Part shown: positions 13,476 through 24,889 of the stretch, piece after piece | Layout: each line of letters opens with the position of its first letter | How positions within the stretch are numbered: position 1 is the stretch's first letter | Assembly: GCF_006345805.1 (NCBI RefSeq) | Contig: NC_042998.1 | Coordinates: forward strand, 29,326,001-29,390,000 | Source: Octopus sinensis | Taxonomy: Eukaryota | DNA: 64,000 nt | Direction of reading: 5' to 3' | Program-made: the position numbers and the translations under genes | Notes under the pieces: generated by a model | What the model was told of the DNA's origin: nothing | The model's database searches: none | Seen by the model: the letters and a program-made list of their open reading frames with translations, nothing else

Positions 13476-14127
13476 TAGGGCGTCGATAAAATTGAAGTCT
13501 CAATAAAAGAAGATGAATGAGGCTAAGAATAAGGCAAACGCAATGATACTAGAATTAAATACTCTCATAAAACCTTTTGTTGCATTTTCAGCATTTCAAA
13601 GAACCGCTCATTAGGACAATTAGCATTATTTCTGTCTTAGCTTTGCCAGTATTTGAAAGAATTCAAATATGATTACTAAATTCTATAACAATATCGATCC
13701 ATCATATTTAAAGATTCAATAATACGTACTAATGTCTTATGAATACAAAATTAAGTATGGTTACTGAACTTTTGTGGCAACGAGAATTATCAAGAAATAG
13801 TATCATAATTTAATACAAGTATTTCCTAATTTTGAAGTATCAGGAATGTAGCCATACATACGCATACGCACATATACATGCAAACATGCAGAGTACATGC
13901 ATGTACGCACGTACACACACACACACACACGCTGATATATACAAAGCGAAGAGATGAGAGCTAGACATTGTCGGTATAGAACATTCGTACTGCTCAAATG
14001 ATTTGAACTTAAACTTCGAAATATTTATCGAGAACCAGGTCCACTGGGAAAAGTGGTTATAACAGAAATCCATTTGAACTAATATGGGGATAGTGATGGA
14101 GATAAACACAATTAAACTTGATATATA

Positions 14128-14162
<35 letters not shown>

Positions 14163-14869
14163 ATATACACATAGGTATGTATAGATATATCTCCATCACT
14201 ACCTCTCTCTCTCTCTCTTCCTCTCATATATATATATATGAAATACAAAATGGGACAAGAACGCAAAACATCCGGACAACTGGGTGATACAAAAGGGGCA
14301 ACAAAACATTCAGATAGACGATACAAAAAAAACAAGGTCATTCGAAGCTTTCTATCCTCAGTCAAGAACCGGATCATCCTCGCAATTTCGGCTGATTAAT
14401 CTTGAGATTGCTCCAATCTGGCCATCCCCAAGGAAAAACTAAGCTGAGAGCATAAGATTCCTTGGAAAAAAGCATCGAAGGTATACGAAACAAGGACGGA
14501 AAAACAGGCGATGTTACACAAATATAAATACAATAAAAATAATAATAACAAGACATAACAACAGGTTTCTTTCGACTGGGGACGTATTGAATTCACCTGG
14601 CATGTGTGGAAATGAAGCCTTACGGCAGAGATACAATTCTTTCTCAAACACGGTCAGACGTAAAAAGAAGGCTAGCAGTCTGGCTTATCGGTCACGTGAG
14701 AAGAGAAGAGAGAGAAAACGAGGAACAAAAGAAGTAAGGAGGGAGAAGAGAAGAGAAAAGAAGAGAAGAGAAGAGAGAGATAGTCGTAGAAGCAGATGGA
14801 CAGAAGAATTAAGGAGGGGCGAGAAAAAAATGACAGGGACATAGTGACACTTTAGTATAAGTATCAGGT

Positions 14870-14968
14870 TTTAAAAAATAAGTACTGGGGTCGATTCGTT
14901 CGACTAAAACTGATCAAGGTAGTGCCCCAGTATGATCGCAGTTTGATTAGAAACAAGTAAACTATAAA
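14870..14968 (+). mobile_element. SINE A-related 3' fragment
   Basis: aataagtactggggtcgattcgttcgactaaa...gtgccccagtatgatcgcagt...gaaacaagtaaa. Confidence 0.7.
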
Positions 14969-14970
14969 AG

Positions 14971-15368
14971 TGTGGTAAGTAGCTTGTTTACCAACCACAT
15001 GGTTCCGGGTTCAGTCCCACTGCGTGGCACCTTGGGCAAGTGTCTTCTACTAAGCCTCGGGCCGACCAAAGCCTTGTGAGTGGATTTGGTAGAGGGAAAC
15101 TGAAAGAAGCCCGTCGTATATATGTATATATATGCGTGTGTGTGTTTGTGTGTCTGTGTTTGTTCCCCTAGCATTGCTTGACAACCGATGCTGGTGTGTT
15201 TATGTCCCCGTTACTTACCGGTTCGGCTAAAGAGACCGATAGAATAAGTACTGGGATTACAAAAGAATAAGTCGCGGGGTCGATCTGCTCGATTAAAGGC
15301 GGTGCTCCAGCATGGCCGCAGTCAAATGACTGAAACAAGTAAAAGAGTAAAAAGGGTAAAAGAGAGAT
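14971..15368 (+). mobile_element. SINE family A, essentially full length
   Basis: tRNA-like head with B-box-like gggttcagtccc, CORE-like ccttgggcaagtgtctt, internal TA/TG microsatellite, 3' ccagcatggccgcagtcaaatgactgaaacaagtaaaagagtaaaaag. Confidence 0.88.
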
Positions 15369-16890
15369 AAAGACGACTTCTCAAGTCATAGAATTTGTAG
15401 AGAAACACAAACATTACCTGCCGTGTTTGTTGTCACAAATGAGAACGAGGAGCTTAAACGCTTAACTGTCACTGTAGGTATGTGTTGAGGGACGTCCCAT
15501 ACGTGATTTCAAATACATGAGGAATGGACGCTTCATTTTCAGAATTATTTGCACAGTTAAGTTATATCAAATTTGCCACGATTGTCATCCTTCAGCCGAA
15601 TTTGTTGGACACTGTTTTGGGTTTACAAAACATATCATCCATTTGTATTGCGTGCAAAAACTACGTTCCAAATCTGAGCAAACAAACGTATACAGATGCA
15701 TTGTTGCCAAATAAAATATTTTACTGTCACGAATTGACAAGGCGAGTGATGGAACCGATGAATGTAGTAGTGTAATTAACCCTTTTTACGGTATCTGAAC
15801 CACTTCTAGTATTCGTGTATTTGGCGTAATTTACATAAAAATAAACATAAAAATTTACATAAAAATAAACAAAGTGTGTAGGCTGTGTAGGCCTAAACTG
15901 CGAACGATTGTGGTAACAGAGAACAATTTTTGAAAATAAAAATTCATGCTTCGTCGAGTTGAAATTCAGAATGCTGATAAAGGTAATAAAAATGTTACAA
16001 TGGAAGCGATGATAAAAGAGTTGCATGTGAATGAGAAGCAAGTATTGTTTAATCTTATCTGTTGCTGCGCAGCGATACTAGAATGGGTGATGTAGTTGCC
16101 TTTCCTGCTGTTACTGGTTATTATTATATGAAAAGAATCCGCATATCTCTTCGATAAAATATGATATTTGTCGCTTGAATAATATACTGTCAAAGAACGC
16201 GGAAAGTTCTCGTATAAATTTCTGACATATTGTTATCATATATTTATGTATCAATCGTAATGCTTAGAGTTAAGCACACACACACAAGCACACGTGTGCG
16301 CATATACACACACATATAGTCCATTGCAGCTGTGTATGATTCAATGAATTTTCCAGGAATATATATTGTGTGAATTGACCAAGAATAGGAATGAAATAGA
16401 AGGTGCGCCTAAAATATTAACAATATAGATTTTTGAAGTAGCTTTTTCGTCATTATACAATGGCACAAATACATTTTTGATTCACTCGGTTTCATTCGTA
16501 GGTATTGTAGCTTGATATAAGCAAAGCTATATAATAAACATAAGTGTTTTTTTTTCAAACTATTAATATGTATAAGTTGGTAACATTCATGTCCGTGTAT
16601 TTTAGCAATTTAAGAAGTGTTCTTTCAAAAATATTTATATGGTGTTACACAATTTACTTCCTGTTATTTTACAGGACATAAATGTTATTTTCATGTCTCA
16701 GTGATTTTATGAGTTTAAGTCACTAACTCTTAAAAAGACAAATTATTAACTAAAAATAAATGTCTATCATGATAAACGTACATAAGAATCGAACCTAAAA
16801 AACTGGTGGACAGCACTAAATCTTAAACTTTCAATACTATGTAAACAAAATTCTTTCCTCTAGAACATGTGTCTACCTCATGTACTATCG

Positions 16891-17273
16891 TGGAACACCG
16901 TTGGTTACGACGACGAAGGTTCCAGTTGATCCGATCAACGGAACAGCTTGCTCATGAAATTAACGTACAAGTGGCTGAGCACTCCACAGAAAGGTGTACC
17001 CTTAACGTAGTTCTCGGGGAGATTCAGCGTGACACAGAGTGTGACAAGGCTGGCCCCCTTTGAAAATACAGGTACAACAGAAACAGGAAGAAAGAGTGAG
17101 AGAAAATTGTGGTGAAAGAGTACAGCAGGGTTCGGCACCACCCCTTGCTGGGGACTCATGGATCTTTAGGTGTTTTCGCTCAATAAACACTCACAACGCC
17201 CGGTCTGCAAATCGAAACCACGATCCTATGACCGCGAGTCCGCTGTCCTAACCACTAGGCCATTGCACCTCCA
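16891..17273 (-). mobile_element. SINE family C, full length
   Basis: tRNA-like head tggaggtgcaatggcctagtggttaggacagcggactcgcgg; homologous to 30003-30389; candidate TSD catgtactat on both sides. Confidence 0.88.
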
Positions 17274-18363
17274 TACATGTACTATACTAAGCACCTGAAT
17301 CAGTTTTAAGTAAAAAGGAGTGTAGAGAAACACCAACCCAATGGTGATAAACGATGAAAATTCTCTTAGATGTACAAATTCCCAATCTATATATAAATAA
17401 ATGATTTACTCTCGTGAAGTTGCCTCAATGGTGATTTCCACTCGTCTTTAATCTCTTGGATTACAACTTTTGAATTAGATCACTTTATTGCAGCGAATGT
17501 CAGTAGAACTCAATGGAGTAGGTAGTCTTCATCTCATCGTCTCTGCTGTGTCTCATTTTGCACATAACCCATTGAAGTATTGGCACACTCTCTCCTATCT
17601 TGAACTGCTCTTATTTCGAACGTTTCTCCCATAATCATCATCAAAAACGTTATCCTTGTCGAAATTGCTGCACCAAGCTGTCGCTATAATAGCTTCTGCT
17701 TAACACTTCTCTTTAACACATCCTTCAGCTAATTCAATCCGGCAATGTGGCCTTCTTAAGCCATTGGATCTTTCATTTTTTTTTCTCGCTAGGATGATCA
17801 GATATTGAAACAAGTGCTTACATCTTGGGATGACTTCAGTAGTTTGCCAATTTCCTGCGAGTTATATCAAATATAGGGAATGATAGCAGCAATTGAACGA
17901 TGTTATCTTAGTGATTTTATTAGAAGTTGCACAAATCAATTTATATATTTGTAATTATCTGTAAAAGAAATTTAGGATAACTCGGGTGATTTATCTCGGA
18001 AATAAAGATAATAAAATTTAATATATCTCAAGATATTCCAGCATAGAAAAAAATGGTTTTCATATATTTGATTCTATAAACTAGCTTAGTTGAATCCGAT
18101 TTCCAATTTGAAAATGTAATTTGTAACTGGATGAATTTAATAGAAACAAAATACCTGTTTACATTTTCAAAGAAAGATAAATACTTGTGAAGTTGTAGAA
18201 TTGTTTTCGATGCTTCAGGAGATTTAAATGTCTAGACACGAGACAGGAGAACAGTTTACATATTAGAACACTTGACTTGATAACAATGGCTGTGTTCTTC
18301 ATCTAATATTCATTGTACCACGTTACATTACAAAGTTCTTCTAAACGTCACTATGTTGCACGT

Positions 18364-18460
18364 TTCTTCTGCTTCTTCTTCTTCTTCTTCTTCTTCTTAT
18401 GCTTCTTCTCCTTTTTCTTCTTCTTCTTATGCTTCTTCTTCTCCTTTTTCTTCTTCTTCT

Positions 18461-18495
<35 letters not shown>

Positions 18496-18518
18496 TTCTT
18501 CTTCTCCTTCGTATTCTT
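18364..18518. repeat. (TTC)n microsatellite
   Basis: Direct reading. Confidence 0.95.
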
Positions 18519-18832
18519 CTTCGAAAGGCTCAGATATATGAGATTGGCGACAGAAGAAAAAAATTCCCGATATCTCATATGCGGAGATGAAGGATATTTT
18601 AAACGTTCGCAAATCCAACAAACTGTCAATTAAAAACAAAGGTAACGTTGACGAGCGAATACGAAAATCTTAATTGGTTTTTGATTTTGTCATTGTTTTT
18701 CATTGTTGTTTGTGGATTTGTGGCTGTTGAAATTGTTGCAGCCAAGTATTTGAGCCACCGCCAAGAGAAAGATCATCACTCTTGAATTGCCTGCTGATTA
18801 TTATTGTTATAACCACTATGCCATATGCCCAC

Positions 18833-18905
18833 GGGCATATGTCGTTGGGGTTAAGAGCGCGGGCTACTAACCCCAAGATTCCGAGTTCGATTCCAAGCAG
18901 TGACC
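18833..18905 (+). mobile_element. Short tRNA-derived SINE/pseudogene followed by (AAT)n
   Basis: A-box-like gtcgttggggttaag, B-box gagttcgattcc, (AAT)n tail; no intact cloverleaf. Confidence 0.55.
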
Positions 18906-18946
18906 TAATAATAATAATAATAAATAATAATAATAATAATAATAAT

Positions 18947-19505
18947 AAATGCCCTGATGCAGTACCAAGCAGTGGCTCTCGTGGCTTCTGATCTTAATTG
19001 ATTGGAAGTGTTATCATGTACATTGTTTTGTCTTGGTATAAAAGATGGGCTACAGCAAATATTCTGCTCAATACCACAGATTTACTTGTCAGTTGTTTGA
19101 CCTTAACCAGTTGAGCATGTCCCTTAGTGGCTGACGATATGTGCATCTCTGATCACGAGCAGAAGTAGTGGAGTATCATCATAGCCATGTGTTGAAAGGA
19201 ATTCTTGGAAGTTTGGATAATTCACCTTTGAAAACATGGGTGGTTCGTTCAACATCCTTAAACAATCCTTATTCATGGACCTTTTGAGCGTGATGGGCTA
19301 CTCGACCTGAAGAAAATTCTAACTGCCCCCCCCCCCTGCAAGGTCATGCGCTGTTTATCTTGATACATCAATATGTCGCGTACATATGGTTGTGATGCAT
19401 GTACCTGGTGTACCCTTATCAGACGGGTAGTCATGATGGGTATACTGGGCTTCGTATATTTTATCCCAGTGTCACTTTGATGGCATGCACTGCTCTCTCA
19501 CTCAA
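18947..19505 (+). mobile_element. Non-coding interspersed repeat flanked on both sides by (AAT)n; probable LINE 3' UTR
   Basis: Complex sequence bounded by (AAT)n at ~18907-18945 and ~19504-19518; family identity is inference. Confidence 0.45.
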
Positions 19506-19566
19506 TAATAATAATAACATGGAAAAATACCTTAGGAATAAAAAGCCAGGTTCGAAATTTCCCCAA

Positions 19567-19612
19567 GACACCTGATGAAGACTGGAGGGTATATCAGCCG
19601 AAACGTTGTGTT
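19567..19612 (+). ncRNA. Minimal type I hammerhead ribozyme motif (Penelope pLTR type)
   Basis: GACAC-CUGAUGA-A-GACUGG/UCAGCC stem II-GAAAC-GUU-GUGUU; stem I GACAC/GUGUU, palindromic ACGU stem III, predicted cut after 19607. Confidence 0.7.
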
Positions 19613-20096
19613 AACAAACAAGATGAGGATAAATATCCGTCAAATGTAAATAATGTATATAATTCCTCATCTCTTAAATATAGAACTGTACTAGCTGCCA
19701 TGTGTTGGATGGATTTGGGTATCAGCTGAGTCTATTATAAAGATCGTATCGTCGCTTTCCATTGGCTGAGGCGGACAAGCAACGTTTATCGAACCAGATG
19801 CTCTTGGCGAAACAAGTTGTGTACTTGACCAGACTGATAGGGCCGAAGTGCAATACTTATTTCTTTGCTCAAAACCTCGATAACTTTTCAGAAAGAAAAT
19901 AGGGGCAGGTAGAGAATTACTTCCCCTACGCTAAGCAAGTTTGTTGACAGATGAGTTCAGTCCGAATTTGCCTTCATCATTTGGGGTCTGTAAAATAAAC
20001 ACCAGTTGGGGACTGGGGTGAATTAGTCTACTAGAACACTCTGCGAAAATATCAGGCATTGTGCTTTTAATAGAAAGGAATTATATTATCCTTAGT

Positions 20097-20590
20097 AAGA
20101 AAGGACCAAGCTCGCAGAATTGTTAGAGCGCCAGAGAGAAAGAAAGAAAGAAAGAGAGAGAGACAGACAAACAGACGGACAGACAGAGAAAGAGAGAAAG
20201 GTTAACACTATATCTTTCGTCTTTACGTTCTGAATTCAAGAGCCGATAGAGTCAACTTTCATCATTTCGAGTCGATAAAATAAGTACCAGTTAATCACTG
20301 GGTCGATGTAATCGACTTGGCCCGATTACCGAAATTTCTGGCCTTCTGCCGAAATATGAAATTATGATTTTTATTATGAAGGCGGTGGGTGAGCTGGCAG
20401 AATGGTTTGCAGGCCGGATGAAGTGCTTGGCAGTGTTTCTTCCGGTTTAACGTTCTAACTATAAAAATCGATTCGAGGTCGGATTTGCATTTCACATTTT
20501 CGGGTCGATGGAATTAGGTGTCAGGTGTCAATGTAATCAACTCGACCTCACACCCGCCAAAAGGTTAGCCTTGTGCCTATAGTAGAAAGG
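20097..20590 (+). mobile_element. Two SINE B2 copies; the first has a GA/GACA microsatellite expanded inside its head
   Basis: gcagaattgttagagcgcc...ctttacgttctgaattcaa...ataagtaccag...gtcgatgtaatcgactt; second ends gccttgtgcctatagtagaaagg. Confidence 0.78.
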
Positions 20591-20648
20591 ACTACTACTA
20601 CTACTACTACTGCTGCTGCTGCTAGTACTGCTACAACAACTGCTGCTG

Positions 20649-20683
<35 letters not shown>

Positions 20684-20900
20684 GCTACTGCTACTACTGC
20701 TGTCACTACTACTACACCTACTACTAATGCTAGTGCTGGTGCTACTACCTCTACTACTACTACAATTACTACTGCTGTTGGTGCTGCTACTACTACTACT
20801 ACTACTACTACTACTGCAACTAATACTGCTGCTGCTACTACTACTTCTATTATTACAACAACTACTACTACTACTACTATTGCTGCTGATGCTGCTGCTG

Positions 20901-20978
<78 letters not shown>

Positions 20979-21002
20979 TCACTATTACTGCTGCTGTTGT
21001 TA
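20590..21002. repeat. (ACT)n/(GCT)n cryptically simple trinucleotide array
   Basis: Direct reading; source of the poly-T/poly-V/poly-L ORFs. Confidence 0.95.
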
Positions 21003-21732
21003 TTTATGTTTTTTTTTCTTTTATATTTAGCGTTTATTCAATCAGTATCAAATGGACAGCTGACGTCAACAGTAATATGTCCCTTTCCCAACAATGCCTT
21101 TATATTAACCTCGGATGCGTTATATTTCTAATTATTTCAGAATAGCATTTCCTTTATTTCCATTAATGCTTATTTTAGTTTACTTTATTGGAAATGGCTC
21201 CATTTACAGTATAACATTGATTTCATAAATTCAATCCATTAATTTGCTTCAACCATCTCTTTAGAATCTCAATATTGCCATCTTACTTTATACCAAAGAA
21301 GCATGTTACCGTTCTAGGCTATTCCTTTTCCAATTATATTCGCGCTTTTCATTTACCATTTACATACAAAAAGCACTCATACATGAACCACTCCTACATT
21401 CGCTCAAATACGCATGAAAACAAAAACAAAAAAAAAGGTGTGTTTGCCTGAGTTACCACATGTGTGTATGCGCGAATACGCGTGCGTGAACGTGTGTATA
21501 CGTGAATGCCTGGGAAAGGAAGTATAAAATGCGTATACACGAAGGAAAGTAGAAATTGTTCGTTCGAACACAAACATACACCCGTACATACCTACATTTA
21601 TAAGATCAATGCTTTGTACTTGCACAAGGTACCTGATACACTCGAATTCATGAACTCTTATATGTGTGTGTGAGTATGTGTGAGTGCGTGTGTGTGTGTG
21701 TGTGTGTGTGTGTTTATATTTATATGTATATA

Positions 21733-23520
21733 TCGTCGGAATGTAACTTCGGAGTCCAAGTCGGTGGTGGAAGAGTCGTGGGCAGAATTCGCACAGGATG
21801 GTCGGTGCGGGTCGAGAAAGTTGAAAAAGCTCCTTTCTTCTGCATTTTGCCTCCTCATTCTGTTCTGTTCTGCTTGAAGGAGCTGGCTTCATTGCGGATT
21901 GCACTCCTGCAGACTATCCTATCCATGGCAATCTCTTCCCATGAGGATGGCCGGATGTTAGTTTGAGCCAGGGTCCGTTTGAGCTGGTCTTTAAAACGGA
22001 ATTTCGGACCTCCTCTGGGTCTTATTCCGATTGTAAGTTCTCCGTGGAGCATGATCCTCGGGAGACGAGAGGGCTCCATACGTTGGACGTGACTTGCCCA
22101 GAGGAGAAGATGGCGGAGAATGGTAGCTTCGATGCTGCTGGTATCGAGGGCGTCGGAGGTAGATTTGGAAAGCTGGAAGCCTCTAATCCGTGACCACACA
22201 TTGGTGAAAAATCTCAGATGGTCGCTCTCCAATGAATAGCTATGACATTGGAGTTCGGCAGCTGGAAGCATGACTGGGCTAACTTCTTTAGAATTACCGC
22301 AGCCCCCCCCCCCTTAATGGGAAATCCCTAGAAAAGGTGGGGTAAGCATAAGACACGGCAACTCGATCTGGCCAGCATACCGCGGCAGGCGGACCTCCCA
22401 CCCAGCACTCGGAACTCTACTTCCACTCATCCATCATCGACAACTAAATCGTTTGTTTCACAACCTCCCACTTTCGGGGCCTGGAACATCTCCACAACAA
22501 GAGTGAGATTAATCACCCAGAACGACGTACAGTACTCGTCTGCAAGGAACTTGCCCGCTTCAACATCGACATGACAGCCTTTGAGCACATGAAACTGGGC
22601 AAAGCTCCAGGGCCAGACAACATTCTGTTTGAATTCTCATGCAAGGAGTTCCTGAGCTGAGAAATGAGCTGATGCTCCTTATCCTCAAGATCCGAGAAAG
22701 CAAGACACTCCCGAACGACTTCCACCATTTACGAGACGATTGTAACAACTATCAGAGCGTTTCACTCCTGAGTATTGCAAGTAATATCTTCGCCCTTATC
22801 CTACTCAAACGCCACCTCTTCTCGCGGAAGACGTTCTCCTTGAGTCCCACTGTGGCTTTCGATCGTTTCGCAGCACAATCGACATGGTCGTTTGTGCCGC
22901 CAACTCAAGGACAAGTGTTAAGAGCAATAACAGCCTGCAATATTCATATTCTGGGATCTAAAGAAAGCCTTTGAAAAGGTCCTCCCTCCTACAATCAGAT
23001 TCGCCGCCAATGTGTGGTCACGGACTAGAGGCTTTCAGTTTTCCCGATTTGTCTCCGGTGCCCACGATGCCATCGGCATTGAGCATTTTTTTTTGAGACT
23101 CAAAGGGTAGAAAGACAAAGCCAGTCGCTGAGTGAATTGCTTGAGATGATCGTGTCTGTGTAACGGCCACGCGCACGCACCTGTCCAGGAGCTTCTCCAC
23201 TGCGGCTCAAGAAGTGAGACGTGCAGTCTAGTTGAGGCTGGTTGCAGCGAGCTGCCGGAATCTATCCGCCTTTGTCACGCATGTCTGCCAGGCATTTCCC
23301 TCTTCCATCGGCATCAATCCTTGGGCGCTTGAGATTGCCCCCCTCTGCTTGTTTCGCCTTTGGGGTCTTGATGTTGGTGTTTGGTCGTGTTTAATCTGGG
23401 ACATCATCCTCAACCTTGCCGCGATGGGTGGCCCTACCAGGAGTCTAAGAATCCAGACAGCATCGCTCTCGGAACATTGGGACACATAGGCTCTTCCTCC
23501 ACAGCAAGGGACGACCATAG
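21733..23520 (-). mobile_element. RTE-clade LINE relic, heavily deleted, with an inverted internal segment
   Basis: Minus strand ~21735-22265: SIEATILRHLLLWASHVQRMEPSRLPRIMLHGELTIGIRPRGGPKFRFKDQLK plus a CEFCPRLFHHRLGLRS finger; plus strand ~22320-23000: APE start TFGAWN...HPERRTVLVCKELARFNID and RT pieces KAPGPDNI, NYQSVSLLSIA, DLKKAFEK. Confidence 0.85.
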
Positions 23521-23529
23521 AAAGAGATG

Positions 23530-23573
<44 letters not shown>

Positions 23574-23629
23574 GTAATGAGATAAAAAAACCAAGGCTGT
23601 ATAGATATTAGAGCATTTATAGATAGAAG

Positions 23630-23681
23630 GTCTTACAGCTGTTTCTAGGATATTAATTAATAATATCCCTTCATCGGAGAC
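23630..23681 (-). ncRNA. Hammerhead-like motif (core CCGAUGA) in a TA-embedded element at ~23570-23776
   Basis: GUCU-CCGAUGA-A-GGGAUAUU/AAUAUCCU stem II-A-GAAAC-AGCU-GUA-AGAC; palindromic ACAGCUGU stem III. Confidence 0.55.
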
Positions 23682-23779
23682 GGTATGGGAGAAAAAATTA
23701 AGTCATAGTTAGTTTTGATGTGATACAAATATTCACATTATTCAGCATTACCTGATATCTTTGGGTCTCCCTTTCATAT

Positions 23780-23835
<56 letters not shown>

Positions 23836-24889
23836 CATGCACACATACACAGATAAACGTAATTAGTATTACTACCTAGTTTCCTATAAAAAAATCATAA
23901 ATGGATCTATAGTCATACATTTCAATGGCTTTGCCTGTCGATGTAACAAATGGATTATTCAAGACAACTCCTCTGTCCGATGAAAAGTTCTCGTACAAAA
24001 TGCGAAAGTCTGAGAACATATGAGAGTAAATTCATTTTATTTTGGATCCAATTCTCGTGGTTTAGATATAAATCTGTAAATTAATTTACTCGAGTCATTC
24101 CTTGTGTACTCTGTATAATAATGATATGACAAATGGTGATGACCAGAACGGTTCACCGTAAAAATTTGTCGACTGACTGGTATAACAATTGCTATAATTG
24201 CTATTGTAGTTTCTATACGGATTGCCTTAATGATTTACTTGGTGGCAGTGATAGGGATTGGTTGAACGTATTCTGGCCTAAGGTCATACACGTAATGTTT
24301 CATATAAGTCAAAAGATTTTAAGAAGTATGATGAAGAGACAGGAGCGGAGAATTAAAACACACAGGCTTTTAATACCATCCTACAAGAACGGAACGACAA
24401 TATCTCAGCATTTGCAAGTTTCAGGATCGTGTAATAAGTTCCCCGCCTTACCAATTCGATTTTATTGATCGCTCAATTTTTATATCTTCACGGAGCAGAG
24501 CTTTTGCTTTCGCACGTAATATGGCGGCTATTGATTATGTACACACAAGGCCATGCCCAGGAGACAAGAGTTGGCTTAGTTAAAATGCCTGAATCTAATG
24601 AGCAATTTAATATCTCGATGGGATAATACATTACAGTGCATGGATTTGTGATTTAATAAGTTCGTATATATCAAAACTTCCAACATACACGTCTACAAAC
24701 CAGAATATCGATGTATATCAGGATAATGGCTTCGTGATATCACACCATTGCAAAGGTCATGCTTTTTGCATATTCTCTTTTAATCTAATTGCAATTTTTA
24801 ACAATATTAATACAGTTACTGATTAAACTAAGACTGACTTATTTGATGCTTCTCTCGACCAGGCATTTATTAAAAAGGTCGGCAGTGAA

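Noticed and set aside
14340-14435. Hammerhead-like motifs on the minus strand (UUGGGGA...GCC-GAAA; CUGAGGA)
   Set aside because: No consistent stem I/III or NUH triplet could be built; may still be a Penelope terminal remnant.
15517-15775. Cys/His-containing ORFs as a possible host exon
   Set aside because: No recognisable domain and no convincing splice pair.
15775-15830. TTAA-CCCTTT piggyBac-like end
   Set aside because: No matching opposite terminus found nearby.
17400-17780. Possible ancient LINE fragment
   Set aside because: No diagnostic motif could be read in any frame.
18313-18639. Poly-F/K/S/E ORFs
   Set aside because: (TTC)n microsatellite.
18833-18905. Functional tRNA gene (also the SINE heads near 4229, 14971, 17273 and 30389)
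   Set aside because: A/B-box-like motifs are present, but no complete cloverleaf, and each runs into a SINE body or simple-repeat tail.
20548-21145. Poly-Thr mucin-like ORF and poly-Val/Leu ORFs
   Set aside because: Produced by an (ACT)n/(GCT)n array next to a SINE tail; no splice or domain support.
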